From Perkinsus chesapeaki ATCC PRA-425 (taxonomy: Eukaryota; Protista; Perkinsozoa): 64,000 nucleotides of DNA. Both the position numbers and the translations under genes were made by a program. The DNA lies in the NCBI GenBank assembly GCA_013115145.1, contig JAAPAO010000049.1:39204-103203 (forward strand), written 5' to 3'. Shown here piece after piece: positions 20,963 through 31,600 of the stretch. The notes below the pieces were generated by a model. That model was not told where the DNA came from, searched no databases, and was given only the letters and a program-made list of their open reading frames with translations. Each line of letters starts with the position of its first letter. Within the stretch, counting starts at the first letter, position 1.

Positions 20963-21196
20963 AACTGGTAACTCAATGCCGTTAGGCGCAAGTAAAACTA
21001 ACTACAAATGATCTTATACTCAACTATCTTCAGATCTATATCATCTAGATACCCATTATCGAAGGCCACGGTTACAATATTGGGCGAGCGAGATCTAATA
21101 ATAGTCCCAGGAAACCAATGCCGACGGTTGACACCGTTTAGCATAATATAAGCGACCGATATCCGCTGGCCAATCATGAGACTAGGAGTCTCATCA
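20947..21196 (-). repeat. 5' LTR (outer boundary 21193 or 21196)
   Basis: The minus strand runs TGATGAGAC...CCCATCA, with terminal inverted repeat TGATG/CATCA. Contains the first gag ATG (20962). Confidence 0.92.
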
Positions 21197-21530
21197 GGAC
21201 AAGCGACTCCGAGATTCCAAGAGGCCGAGTATCCTTTGTCGTTTCCTTATTAGTGAAACGGTCAGCACGGATTTCTGAATTAAGACAACTTAAATGATTA
21301 GTAGTAAATTACACGTGATGATATAGCGCATGTTTATACCGACATTGCTAGCTCTCAGCTTGCTTCTCCCCGACGGCGGTTGCGTAGACACAAATCCATC
21401 AACTTGAAGGCATCAAGCTCTAATATGTGACAACAAATACCAACAAACTAGGACGGTTTCTTTATTTACCGCTGAGAGTCGCCACGAATAAGAAATCGCC
21501 ACAGCCAGCGATCTGACCGTCAAAACCAGA

Positions 21531-21603
21531 GCGGCTTTGGCGCAGTAGGTAGCGCGTAGGTCTCATAATCCTAAGGTCGCGAGTTCGATCCTCGCAGGCC
21601 GCA
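21531..21603 (+). tRNA. tRNA-Met (CAT), elongator type
   Basis: Full cloverleaf: acceptor GCGGCTT/AGGCCGC, D arm GCGC/GCGC, anticodon arm TAGGT-CTCATAA-TCCTA, T arm GCGAG-TTCGATC-CTCGC, followed by TTTT. Lacks the initiator A1:U72 pair and GGG/CCC anticodon stem. Confidence 0.95.
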
Positions 21604-21657
21604 TTTTTAAAGGCATCGTGGCCTCAAAAGTTCCCGATCAGTTTGCTATTCGTCCAG

Positions 21658-21916
21658 GGCCGGTATGCGGATCCTGATCCACACGTGATCCTGAGAAAAA
21701 GATCACAGAAAAAGATCAACGCACTGATTTTCTGCCGTGAACCTGATTTTTTGGCTCAGATCAATAAATTCGGGATCACGCAGCAGGATCATAGCTCAGT
21801 CGGATGATCTGTGGATCACAGCACCTGTGATCCTGCTAGTTTTGGATCAGGATCGTAGATCATGGATCAACGACACATAATATCTGGATCATTCAAGATC
21901 CGATGACTGAGAGATC
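21658..21916. repeat. Left subterminal GATC-rich array
   Basis: About 18 GATC tetramers in ~260 bp, mostly GGATCA-like (hand count). Confidence 0.85.
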
Positions 21917-22016
21917 GTGCACCGCGAAACTGCTATTGCTCATTTTGGCGGAGCGATGCTGCTTCGCTCCGTCTTCTGCGCATATCCGATAACGAATTGG
22001 CTTGAATAGTTTTTAA

Positions 22017-22638
22017 ATGTCAGAAGTTTCGAGCGAGATAAAAATATACTTCGCGTCTTTATTCTTCGACGATAACAACGAAGTTCAGAAGATACTGCGA
22101 GGAAACATTGGTGGCAATGACGTTGCGAGGCGACAGCGTGAGCAATGGGAAAAGCTCGCATGCGACATCAACTCTTTGTTTGGGGTAAATTACACCTCTA
22201 AAAATCTTAAGCAGATGAAGGAGGATATGACACGCGGTAGTAATGTAGGGTGAAAATAAGTGACTTGCTTTCGTCTCAGTTGTTGGTCGGGTAGCTACAG
22301 CGCACAGACAAAGGTTATGCGCCGTGAAAACGGGTGGTGGTGAACCTTCGGAGGATCCTGAGCCATGCACCGAGCCGTGGTTGAAAGCGATTGAGCACCA
22401 TATCTTCAGCACTCCAAGATTCGTGGGGTTGGGGGACTTGGAAGCGGGGGTACAAATTCAAGACGGCATAGGTGCACCATTATCATACAAGCAGTTAACG
22501 CGTCTCAGTAGGGGATGTTCTGCGAAGCGCCAGAGGGAGGACAGCGGAAATGGAGATGCGGGAAAGTACAGAGCAACTGTTCAAGCTATGGATAGGATTG
22601 GGAAGGCTTTTAGAGGCTTGAACGCGGTTCAAAAGTGA
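22017..22638 (+). CDS. Harbinger Myb/SANT-like DNA-binding protein 1 (2 exons)
   Basis: QREQWEKLACDINSLFGVNYTSKNLKQMKEDM. A phase-1 intron (~22237-22298) joins it to AHRQRLCAVKTGGGEP...GLGDLEAG. W..IA..IN...T...LK followed by KTGGG is typical of this family. Confidence 0.75.
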
Positions 22639-22777
22639 CGTCTCGGCAAGGTGACCCTGCGAGCATGGTGAGCATGTTTCTAGGTTCCTTTTGGCAATTG
22701 TCACTCTTGTTGGGTTGTTGGTGGTTATTCCGTTCTCATTCAAGTTAGTGTTGTTATTGTTACAAAACTCTTACTGC

Positions 22778-23440
22778 ATGCCAGCGAAAAAGGCGGAATT
22801 TCAGCCTCAAGAGAAGTTCGACCTCATCAATACTTTCACTAATTGGCTTGAGGATACAAAAGACATGGAGAAAAGATTCACAACGATGAAGGCATATGTT
22901 GATCACGTCAGAGTAGTATGGCTTTATATCGGTATAATATGAATATAGAGAATATACATATAGGTGCTTCAATCACAGGATAAAATAACGTTGCGTGATT
23001 GTTTCGACGATCAGCAAATCTCCAACTATGTGAAAAATTGGAAAAACCGCAATGGAAGGCCCGCTGAGGAGGTCCGAGCAAAAGCGGAGAGTGATTTGCT
23101 TGCAAAAACAAAGAGAATAAAGAAGGAAAACAAGTCCACAGGCGCCCTCAAAGCACCGGTCGCGGTTTCTTCTGCTTCCAGTGCAGTCGAGAGAGCTGCC
23201 GAGGCGATGGAGGAAGCCGATCGCTTGGCTACCGAAGTCAGCGACGAGATTATCACCGATTGCCCGCCACCACTTGCCAGACGAAAGCGCACGTACGCCG
23301 AAGCGATCGATATGGTGGCGTCTGCGGCTGAGGCTGTAGAAACATACTTCAGATTTATGTACAGAAAAGCCAAAGTGGAGAAGCTAGATCGGGCAACGAC
23401 AACTGACAACGATGGCGATGATGAAGGATGGACCAAATGA
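22778..23440 (+). CDS. Second Myb/SANT (trihelix)-like protein of the Harbinger element (2 exons)
   Basis: FQPQEKFDLINTF...FDDQQISNYVKNWKNR, followed by a low-complexity linker and a helical C-terminal segment KRTYAEAIDMV...YFRFM. Confidence 0.6.
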
Positions 23441-23694
23441 GGATGCTGTCCTCAGGACTAGCACGAGCGCTGCTGCAGCATTGCTCCATCGTTTCTGTGG
23501 TACGTACTGTGTTTCCGTATTTATAGCCTTTATCATGATAGATGTTATCCGAGCATGACATTACTAGACTAGTAGTACTAGTTCGGTTTCCCTAAGTGGT
23601 CAGTTGTTTCGTTTAGCTAAGTTAATAATGCCGTAACAATTACTGTGAGAAAATGAATTGAAAAATTTATGAAATCGTCTACAGCGGAGTTTTT

Positions 23695-23952
23695 ATGATA
23701 AACAGGAATAATAATGAAAAACTACTGGGCAGCTACGTTTCCGACAAACTACTACTCCAAATGCCTCTCATCGACCCTACTGCCGGTGTGCCGGATGACG
23801 AGCTCCGTCTGCGATATCGTTTCTGCAGGCAGTCTTTATTTAATTTGCTGGACATACTTCAACTTCGCGATAATGGTAAAAGGCACCACGTAATAAAGAA
23901 ATTACTCGTAGCGGATTGTGGATTAGTACGTAAAGTGCCACTGATCCGCTGA
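23695..23952 (+). pseudogene. Truncated N-terminus of a Harbinger (HARBI1-like) transposase
   Basis: PDDELRLRYRFCRQSLFNLLDIL resembles the HARBI1-type N-terminal helix (TDEYLMSMYGFPRQFIYYLVELL). The ORF breaks off into the GATC array before any DDE core. Confidence 0.7.
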
Positions 23953-24357
23953 CTGATCCTTGAGATGGATCAGGAGCTTGATCCAATGGTTGATCTGGAT
24001 CAGAGGATGATCTGCCAAGGTAAAATGGATCACGGATCAACGAAATTTCTCAAAGCCCTTGAGAAATTCTCAGCCCCTTGATCTATGGATCATGGATCAG
24101 ATTTTTTCTCAAGGATCACGGATCAGGATCAAAAACGAGGATCACACAAGATCCAGATCACAGGTCAGAGATCAGTATCGAAGTTCACGGTTCGAGATCA
24201 AGAGTCAAGGATCAGGATCAAAGATCACGGATCGAGATCAAGGATCATGGATCTAGCTCAAGCATTCCGGATCACGATTGATTTGGCTCAGACAAGAAGA
24301 TCACTGGGTGATCTGGGTCATCGGCTTGATCCATGGATCAGGATCCGCATACCGGCC
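23941..24357. repeat. Right subterminal GATC-rich array
   Basis: About 33 GATC tetramers in ~420 bp (hand count), against ~2 expected by chance. Confidence 0.9.
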
Positions 24358-25141
24358 CAGCTGGGGTATGCCCGACCCACAAGCATGGACGATTTGCCGA
24401 AAACTGAAGAGGGCAGCGGCCGAAATGTCGCCCTATTCAGAGCGCAAGACTGTAAGGATAGAAAGAAAGTGATTCTGCCCGGCAAGACGTCACCACGAAA
24501 CTCAACTCGAATCATTCTTCAGAGTGTGACGAGTATTTTATGTATCCTTCTTCTAGCTGCCGACTTCAAACTTCAGACACTTTCAGAACGAAGCAACATA
24601 AGGCAACTGAGCAAATCTAATGGTATTGGTAGCAGCAGAGCTAGGATAGCTTAGTTAGAAGGATAGCAATCATCTGGAACATCTGCGGATACCGGCTGAT
24701 GTCGCGTATCGGACTCATGCCAGCCGAAATCCACAAGATAAACGAATGGTTTAGCAGTGAGGTTCAGCAAGCAACAGTGTAGGTCGATATGATTGTATAC
24801 GATTAAGATATAAAGCTAGGCTTTGCATCGGTACTTTAGTAGCTTTAACGATAATTGTACAGAACAACGACGACACTGCTCCAACCAACTCTCCACGACC
24901 GTGTCGAGTATATATTCTACGATGCTAGATACGACATACTTTCCAAAGACAGCAGGACCATCATGAGCGGCATCAGCTGATCTAGGAGAAGTATCGGTAT
25001 GATACAACGATAGTGGTTAAAACGCCTACGGCAACGCCGCCCAAAGCGCGCCTATAGGCAATCTACGATTAGTTCTACGAATACGATGATAACGAATAAC
25101 CCTAACCTTGAGGATATGCTCGGTGCCCGATAATGCAGGCT

Positions 25142-25879
25142 CTAAGCTGAACTAGTATCAACAGACAATCGCCCACCAGAGGCGATCTCGATTAGATTGA
25201 GAAGCTGGTCGGTCGTGAGCTGCCACACGATTTCTCCGTTCTCATTGGTCGTGGCACCCACGCCGTTATGGGATCCTAGTCCCAGTGACTTAGCAGCTTC
25301 ACGAACTCGATCTTTAGTTATTAAATCTGACATCAACCCATATCAAGTTAGAAGCCTAGTCTGCTTAGCCTGTTACCTGGATGCGCATGCTCCGGTGTTA
25401 GCTGAGATGTTGAAGGGGCTCGAGCATCTGTATTCACACGTGCACTAGGACCCACCATCCCTGCATCGCCCAAGAGATTGCTGGCTTGATCCCGAACTCC
25501 GGTTAACAATTCATCTCGTGTATGAGCGAACCGGCAACAATCACCAGCATTACAGCCTCTGAAGCCTGGACCGATATACTTGCACATCTGTTGAATAACC
25601 CTCTGGTGGCCCACAACGAGCTCGCTCTTATCATGGGCGAAGGGACAATTTCTGTCGGTACATCTTGCACCACTCGGGCACATGACCGTCTTTGGATTGG
25701 CTAGCTCCTCAGGAGAGTGCGCAAAGGTGCAATTCTCTCCTTCAGTGCAGCCTCCTGCCAAGTAGTAGATGCACATCCTCACCTTATATCTGACATTGAA
25801 CCCTATTAACCACCGCTTACTACCAAAACTACCTCTTCCTCAACCGTTCTGCATTGTTACGATTGGTCGGGGGAGACAT
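25142..25879 (-). CDS. Tandem CCCH zinc-finger protein (3 fingers), multi-exon
   Basis: MSPPTNR...KRYKVRMCIYYLAGGCTEGENCTFAH; KTVMCPSGARCTDRNCPFAH; MCKYIGPGFRGCNAGDCCRFAH. Confidence 0.85.
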
Positions 25880-25999
25880 GGTCGATGGTTAGGGTTTAAT
25901 GGTTCGAAACGATAGGGCTACCTGTTGAAAGAAGTCAACGCAGAAGCCAAGCAAGACTTCAACGCAGAGCCTTCAGACAGGAAAAATGAAACACATATT

Positions 26000-27656
26000 T
26001 CAGCTCATCAGCAGGAATGCCGAGGCTGCTGCCCCTACAGCGACGATTGCAACACTCAAGAGGGCTCTTATTCGCATTGAGACGGCCCCAAGCTGAGCCG
26101 GGTGGGCATCGACCTGCTCAAGCGAACCTGAACAGGGAAAAGTTGCGTGGTGATCTAAAATAGAGTAATGACCTTCCTTGACTTCGCCTTCCGCCTGTAC
26201 AAAAGTTCTTGGAGCATCTGCCACTTCAGGCAACACGCCGCTGTCATTCCTTTCTCTCTAAGCGCAGTTCAGTACACTTTACTCTAGCCGATCGACCTCA
26301 CCCCAGTAAGATTGATAAAGCTATCCACAAACATAAATTGATCAGTTGCCGCCAGGAACTCCGTTAGCAGCGTATCGCTGGCTCCTGATGGATACAAGTC
26401 CTCCCTAAACAACAACACTTTACCGACACCGAATTTGAGAGCATTCTACCTAAGAGTGGCGTGCGAATGAAGCTTACTCCACGGCAGTGTATCAACCAAG
26501 TCCCGCACAGTCCTGGTGCTCCGAGTGTCCTTGACACTGCTCGATAGGAACTTTGACACCCAGTATCTGACCATAGCCTTACCCAGCAATACCAGCGGCG
26601 ACAGACTACGTAAATCTATCGACGACACTGATGCCCAGAGACAAGTCCGCATGGTAGCTATAGCTGTTCTCATCGGGACCACTGCTCGACAGACAAAGCA
26701 TATTTGGAGAGTAGAACCTATTAGCTATAATGGCCACCAATCCAATAAGCGTATTACCTATCATGCAGAGTGGCAGCATGGCACGTATCAGCCAGCCATA
26801 GAAGCTTCTTGTATCTCTTCTGAGTGTACCTGAGTTCTCATACCATCTTTTACTCAAATCATCACCGCTACATCTGCTGGAATGCATCGGCTATGTCATG
26901 CGACGTCATCTCCTCCCAATCTTGGAACTTCACAAAGTCCGTGCCCGAATGTCCAGTAATATAAACCTAAGTTAGGTTATCCCCCTATTCCCTTATCCCA
27001 CCTACCAGGACATAGCTGTCCGCATCAGTATCAAGTCGCTTAGATCGAGGTGTGTCCGGCGTATGCCTGCCTAATGAGGGTAATACAAACAAAGGGGAAT
27101 GTAAGTTAAGTACCGGTAAGGAGGCGCATGAAGTTGTCAGTGGAAACCTCATCGCCTCGATAGTCCACCTCAACCTCAGGAGGGTACAGGTTCACATGGT
27201 TCTCTGGATCATTAAATACATACCCTATAAAACCTCACTCATCCACGATTTAACCGAAGAGCGGTATGAAGTCCCATTGCCTCTATTACCCGGAGCTGGA
27301 TTCCTAGCATTACACGCTATATCCTCTGCTAGCATTAGTATTATATTGGAGTCCGGTATACCTGACCAGAATCCTTCTTTATTCCAGCCATGTCTTCAAC
27401 AGCAATCCCTACCAAGCCTCTTAATCTGATAATACATACTCAATGTGTTGGCAACATGACGGTAGTTGTACCAATACCTGCAACAGCAGCCCAGGGGACA
27501 CCGGCGTCACAATTGCCTAGAGCCATAATATTACCGTGAGGTGTCAACAAGTAGAGCCCAGTTGTTCCGGCCAGAATCCGACTTCATTGCCCCACCGTAT
27601 CCTGCTATACACCACAGCAGCAGTACCGTCAAAGACCTTATCATCCCAATACGCAT
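26000..27656 (-). CDS. GPI8: GPI transamidase catalytic subunit (peptidase C13, GPI8/PIG-K), multi-exon
   Basis: Signal peptide; [10 protein letters not shown]; [11 protein letters not shown]; [21 protein letters not shown]; EVDYRG; TPRSKRL; catalytic TGHSG and DTCHA; DENSYS; C-terminal TM. Confidence 0.92.
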
Positions 27657-27889
27657 CGCATAGACGAATGCCTCAAAAAACAGCAGCTTCAATGCCATCG
27701 ATTAACCACAACAGTCCCCCCCCACTGGAGCCCAAAAGAAGACGACAAGTGGTATCTTTTCACGGTTTCACACGAGTTAAGCCGACATGCCTCCTATACC
27801 CGTCAACGGCAATACTGTAACACCACACCAGATTGTTGAGAGTAACAGAATAGTTGCCAGGAACTGCTATACATTAGATACGCTAATCC

Positions 27890-28444
27890 TCACTCAGAAG
27901 GAGGCTTTTGCCCATCCTCCTTCCTACGATGGCCCCTCATTATTTTCTGCCCCGAATCCATACCGCTGAAATATCGTCTCATCTCCTCTTCCTCCGAGAC
28001 CCGCTCTATACGAAACACGTCATCAACATCTGGGTTCTCCACCGCCACATGGCTCTCCTCTCCATATCGTATTTCCCCCGGACTAGCGTTTGGAAGATAC
28101 ATAATATTGCTCTGCATGCCTAGCGCCATCAGACCCTCATCCAGCCCCAGCGTCTTGGTCAGCGGCTCCTTTTCCTCTTCCTCCTCTGGCTGCTCAGCCT
28201 TACTTATGGCTTCGTAATCGTACATATCGTCTACAAACCAATCATTGAACTCCTCTAGCTCCTTAACTGGATCCTCAACCATCTCATCCTCGTTTATCTG
28301 CTTCGCTCCGTCGACTTCGCGTTTTTCGTTTGGTCGATTTCGCATGTATACGTAGGCAGCGATCGCTGCCGCTGCTGTGGCGCCAGCAACTAGAACCAAT
28401 GGGCCTGTCAAGTCTGTACGAGACTCGACCTTCTTCTCTGCCAT
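27890..28444 (-). CDS. Hypothetical acidic protein with an N-terminal membrane anchor, single exon
   Basis: 184-aa ORF with hydrophobic LVLVAGATAAAAIAAYVYM followed by RNR and a Glu/Asp-rich body. No family recognised. Confidence 0.6.
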   Translation of the reverse strand: MAEKKVESRTDLTGPLVLVAGATAAAAIAAYVYMRNRPNEKREVDGAKQINEDEMVEDPVKELEEFNDWFVDDMYDYEAISKAEQPEEEEEKEPLTKTLGLDEGLMALGMQSNIMYLPNASPGEIRYGEESHVAVENPDVDDVFRIERVSEEEEMRRYFSGMDSGQKIMRGHRRKEDGQKPPSE

Positions 28445-28679
28445 TAACAATTACCTCTGCCCAAATCGAAGCCCTTTTGAACACTTAACTCAACGCTGAC
28501 TCAGCCTGCTGCTGGATGACTGTGATCGCGGCAACACTCCACACTACCGTCACCACCAGCTACAACAAGACCTATCCCTTTGGGGAAGGCATGACGATAC
28601 TCCTCCACACCAATAGGGTAGTATTAAAGACAACATTTAACTTTTCTATTAACAACGAAGTCCCTCAGGGATTTCATCA

Positions 28680-31600
28680 TCACCATTGCCTACGACGACC
28701 ATTGCCGCTGTAGTTGCTGCTCCTCTCGTTTCTATGGTAACGCTCCGAATACCCCCTGTGATAGCTGCTCGAAGGCTGCTGCCTCTGGCTCTCCTTATGG
28801 TACACTACCGAATTCGATCCGAGTAGAGATGGATTCTTGCCTGAGTTGGCCCACGCTCCTCCCAACACCCTACCCTCCACTGTATTACTATAGGCCTCCA
28901 CAATGTTATTCATTTGTTCAATGTACGTTTCACCACGTCTCTTCTTCTCCAGCATACCACTCAACTTCATTATCAATGGCGCATGCACGCTGCTCACCGT
29001 TGTGACCTAATCACGAGCCTGTCCACCCCAGCGGCAGCAGCAGCCTCCTTCTCCTCTACTCACCCTGAATTTAATGAACATCTCCAATAGCTGGAGCCCT
29101 GTGTCCAGGAGTCCAAAAGTGATAGCCGTCGCCAACAACGTCTCAACCGTCTGCTGCGTTATCTTATCCACCCTGTTTTTCGGCGCCGGATTGCCTAACG
29201 TGTCCGATGATCTCCGCAGCGTCGCCGCCGCCTACGTGTGTTTGCGGTGCCTTTTGGTACTGTCGGTTGGGGCTGGTCCGGCTGAAGATTGCGCAAATGA
29301 CGACTGACCATACTGCTACACACAGTGAGGGTCATATGACCGTTACGATGCCGTATCTATATCGAGGAGATCAAAGCACGAGCAACCTAGAGATACTCCT
29401 ACAGTCTGCTGCATAAGCTGGGTATACAGTCTCAGTTCTGGTATCACTCCATATACCGCTTCCATTTCACTCTAACAACAACGAAGTCAGCGCTGTTTCA
29501 TCACTCTGCCATTAGAAATTCCAGTCACTGTATATCTGCCATTTTCCATACGCGCCATGAATTCCCCATTAAGATCGTTGTTTGGCTACTAAGCTCGGAA
29601 ACCAACCAAACCAATTGATCACCAATGCAGTGAGCAACTCCTATCACCCCTCACCCTTACATCCAGCAGACTAAGACAGCGCGTGAAGGCTCGCTCGTAC
29701 AGCTGATGGCTATTGGCTGCAGATGGCCCAACACGTTCAATCTCATCACCGACTGTGGCCAGAAGGACCTTCATGTAGATACTAAAGGTAGCACTTGATG
29801 CCTCCACCTGCTCAAGGAGGAAGGCAATGGGACAGGATACAGCAATGCATTGCAGAACAGCATTACATGGTTGTCCATCATTCCCAGTAGGATTTGATCA
29901 GCCAAGCTCTTCCTGCTCGGTATAGTGGTCTCCAGATCCTTCAGCGGTATGCAACAACCATAAAGCAGGTTGTTATAGATGATCTCATCGGGCTTGTACC
30001 CCTCCGCCTACGGACCACCAGCTTAAACCTCTCCAGCCCACTACTGCCTACCAGGAGATCGTTCAGCAGCTTGAGGCTAATATCAAGCCTTCCAGCATCA
30101 CAATTTGACTTAATCAGAATAGAAAACGTAATTAAATCTGGCACCACCCCCGACTTGCGCATTTCCGTGAACCTAAAGGGCGGAGAGCTGCACACGTGCG
30201 GCTAGGAAAAGTGACAATTTCGGCCAAAGCCAGCGTTCGCCCCCAAGCGTAACGAGAATACTCCACATTCGAACTTAAGTTCTAATTCTCCTTTTACAGT
30301 GGAGATACAGTGTGTTGTATTAGTATAGTCCATTATCAAAAAACAACTATCCACTTACACTTCCATTGCCGCCTTAGCATTTCCCTCTTTAGCATATCCC
30401 TTAATAAGGGTAGTGTACATAACCTGACAGAGCCATCAGCATCATCATACATACTTAACAGATTATGCTACAGTGTTCAATCCTAAATGTCGCTTGTCCG
30501 TGACGGGTGTGCTATCTACATCGTTCGATTGGGCTGCTCTCATATCCTCAAACACCTTCTGTGCTCTCTTCATATCATCACCGTTAATGCAACAGTCCAA
30601 CAGTATACCATACGTTACCACTGTAGGCTGTATCTAACAGCGATACCACAGCTATCACCAGACCAATGCCACCACTCTACTCCTTCACACTATATAGAAA
30701 AGCTTCCAGCAAAGATTCCTTGAGATCATTTCATAGAGAGTCAGACAAGATTGGAAGACGAGGAACGTTCCGGAAGCTAGTCGACGGTTTGAGATTAGCC
30801 CAGACACTCCCACCTGGTGACTACCTCTTTATCCTTCAGGACTTGCATTAGCTCATCGCACTTGGCTACATTACCCTGCCTGGAGTAGCCCTTCATTACA
30901 GTATTAAAGGTAACCACATCCGCCACACTATGACCGAGATCCTCTCCCGTCTTCATAAGTTCGCGGAGGATAGTCTCGGCGATATCCATCCGGCGTGCAT
31001 TAACACAGCTGCTAATAAGAGTATTGCACCTGGTGGTCCACTGTCCCAGCCCATCAGCCAATTCCCCGGCTTACGTGACCACATCCGGCACGATCTCCTT
31101 GGATCTCATAACCTCTAGGAGCTTCAGACCCTCATCTGTCTTACCAACCGCGAAGTAGTACTTCATCATATTGGCGAAATCCTGTAACAGTGTCGCACTC
31201 TCTCCCGGTGCAGTCGCTGAATAGTAGTACCTTAGGGGCCGGAACCTCCCCGCTGGCGACGATTCTCCTAGCAAACTTCTCACACTCGGAGTAGTCCTCG
31301 GCCTCCACTAAAAGATCCTCACTACTCCGACAACTTCGGCAAGCTGACCTCTTACCAGAGCAGAACAGCAAGCAGCTGTTAACCGTCTTGTCGGTCGACG
31401 GTCGCCTGCGTAATTCACCTTCCAGTAGGTCTCTATGCAACGAGAGGCATTCCCTGTAGTGATGCTTCGACGTGGCTATCTTGGTTATACTCATAACCAA
31501 ATCATCGCTAATATCGATGCCAAACTGAGGACCAGCCATTCGATCTCAGCAGTCACCACCTTAGCTTCATCCTACCGTATTCATATCCTTGAGACACCTC

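Larger units (their letters stand above)
14242..21196 (-). mobile_element. Full-length LTR retrotransposon with Bel/Pao-like enzymes (order gag, PR, RT, RH, IN)
   Basis: ~250-bp direct repeats with TG...CA ends and 3 internal substitutions, a PBS and a PPT. PR DSGA, RT LFVDD, RH CDAS/NRRELV/DN/HIEGSRNDEADLLSR, IN HHCC + D,D,E + LNTRPL...ITP. Confidence 0.93.
21658..24357 (+). mobile_element. PIF/Harbinger DNA transposon, non-autonomous deletion derivative (2700 bp)
   Basis: Perfect 24-bp TIRs GGCCGGTATGCGGATCCTGATCCA (21658-21681, 24334-24357), CAG on both flanks (21655-57, 24358-60), Myb/SANT-like ORFs and an N-terminal Harbinger transposase remnant. Confidence 0.88.

Noticed and set aside
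21531-21603. tRNA-Met as the primer for the adjacent LTR element
   Set aside because: Its 3' end would need a PBS of TGGTGCGGCC, but the observed PBS is TGGCGACACC.
21735-21760. Spliced-leader-like match (CCGT...TTTTGGCTCA), with a similar one on the minus strand at 60893-60912
   Set aside because: Only ~10-11 nt match the 22-nt dinoflagellate/Perkinsus SL. There is no SL-RNA donor or Sm site, and neither is positioned before an ATG.
23026-23436. 136-aa antisense ORF in the Harbinger element
   Set aside because: It is the shadow of the Ala/Glu-rich Myb ORF2 exon.
21658-24357. GATC arrays as a CRISPR array or satellite
   Set aside because: There are no fixed-length repeats with unique spacers and no cas genes. 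The arrays are bounded by TIRs and a TSD.
24059-24654. Several overlapping ORFs (up to 189 aa) over the right GATC array
   Set aside because: They are low-complexity translations (DQDQ, SRIK, GSGS) of the subterminal repeat and run through the TIR, with no coding signature.
25097-25107. Telomere-like TAACCCTAACC
   Set aside because: Fewer than two full units, compatible with chance.
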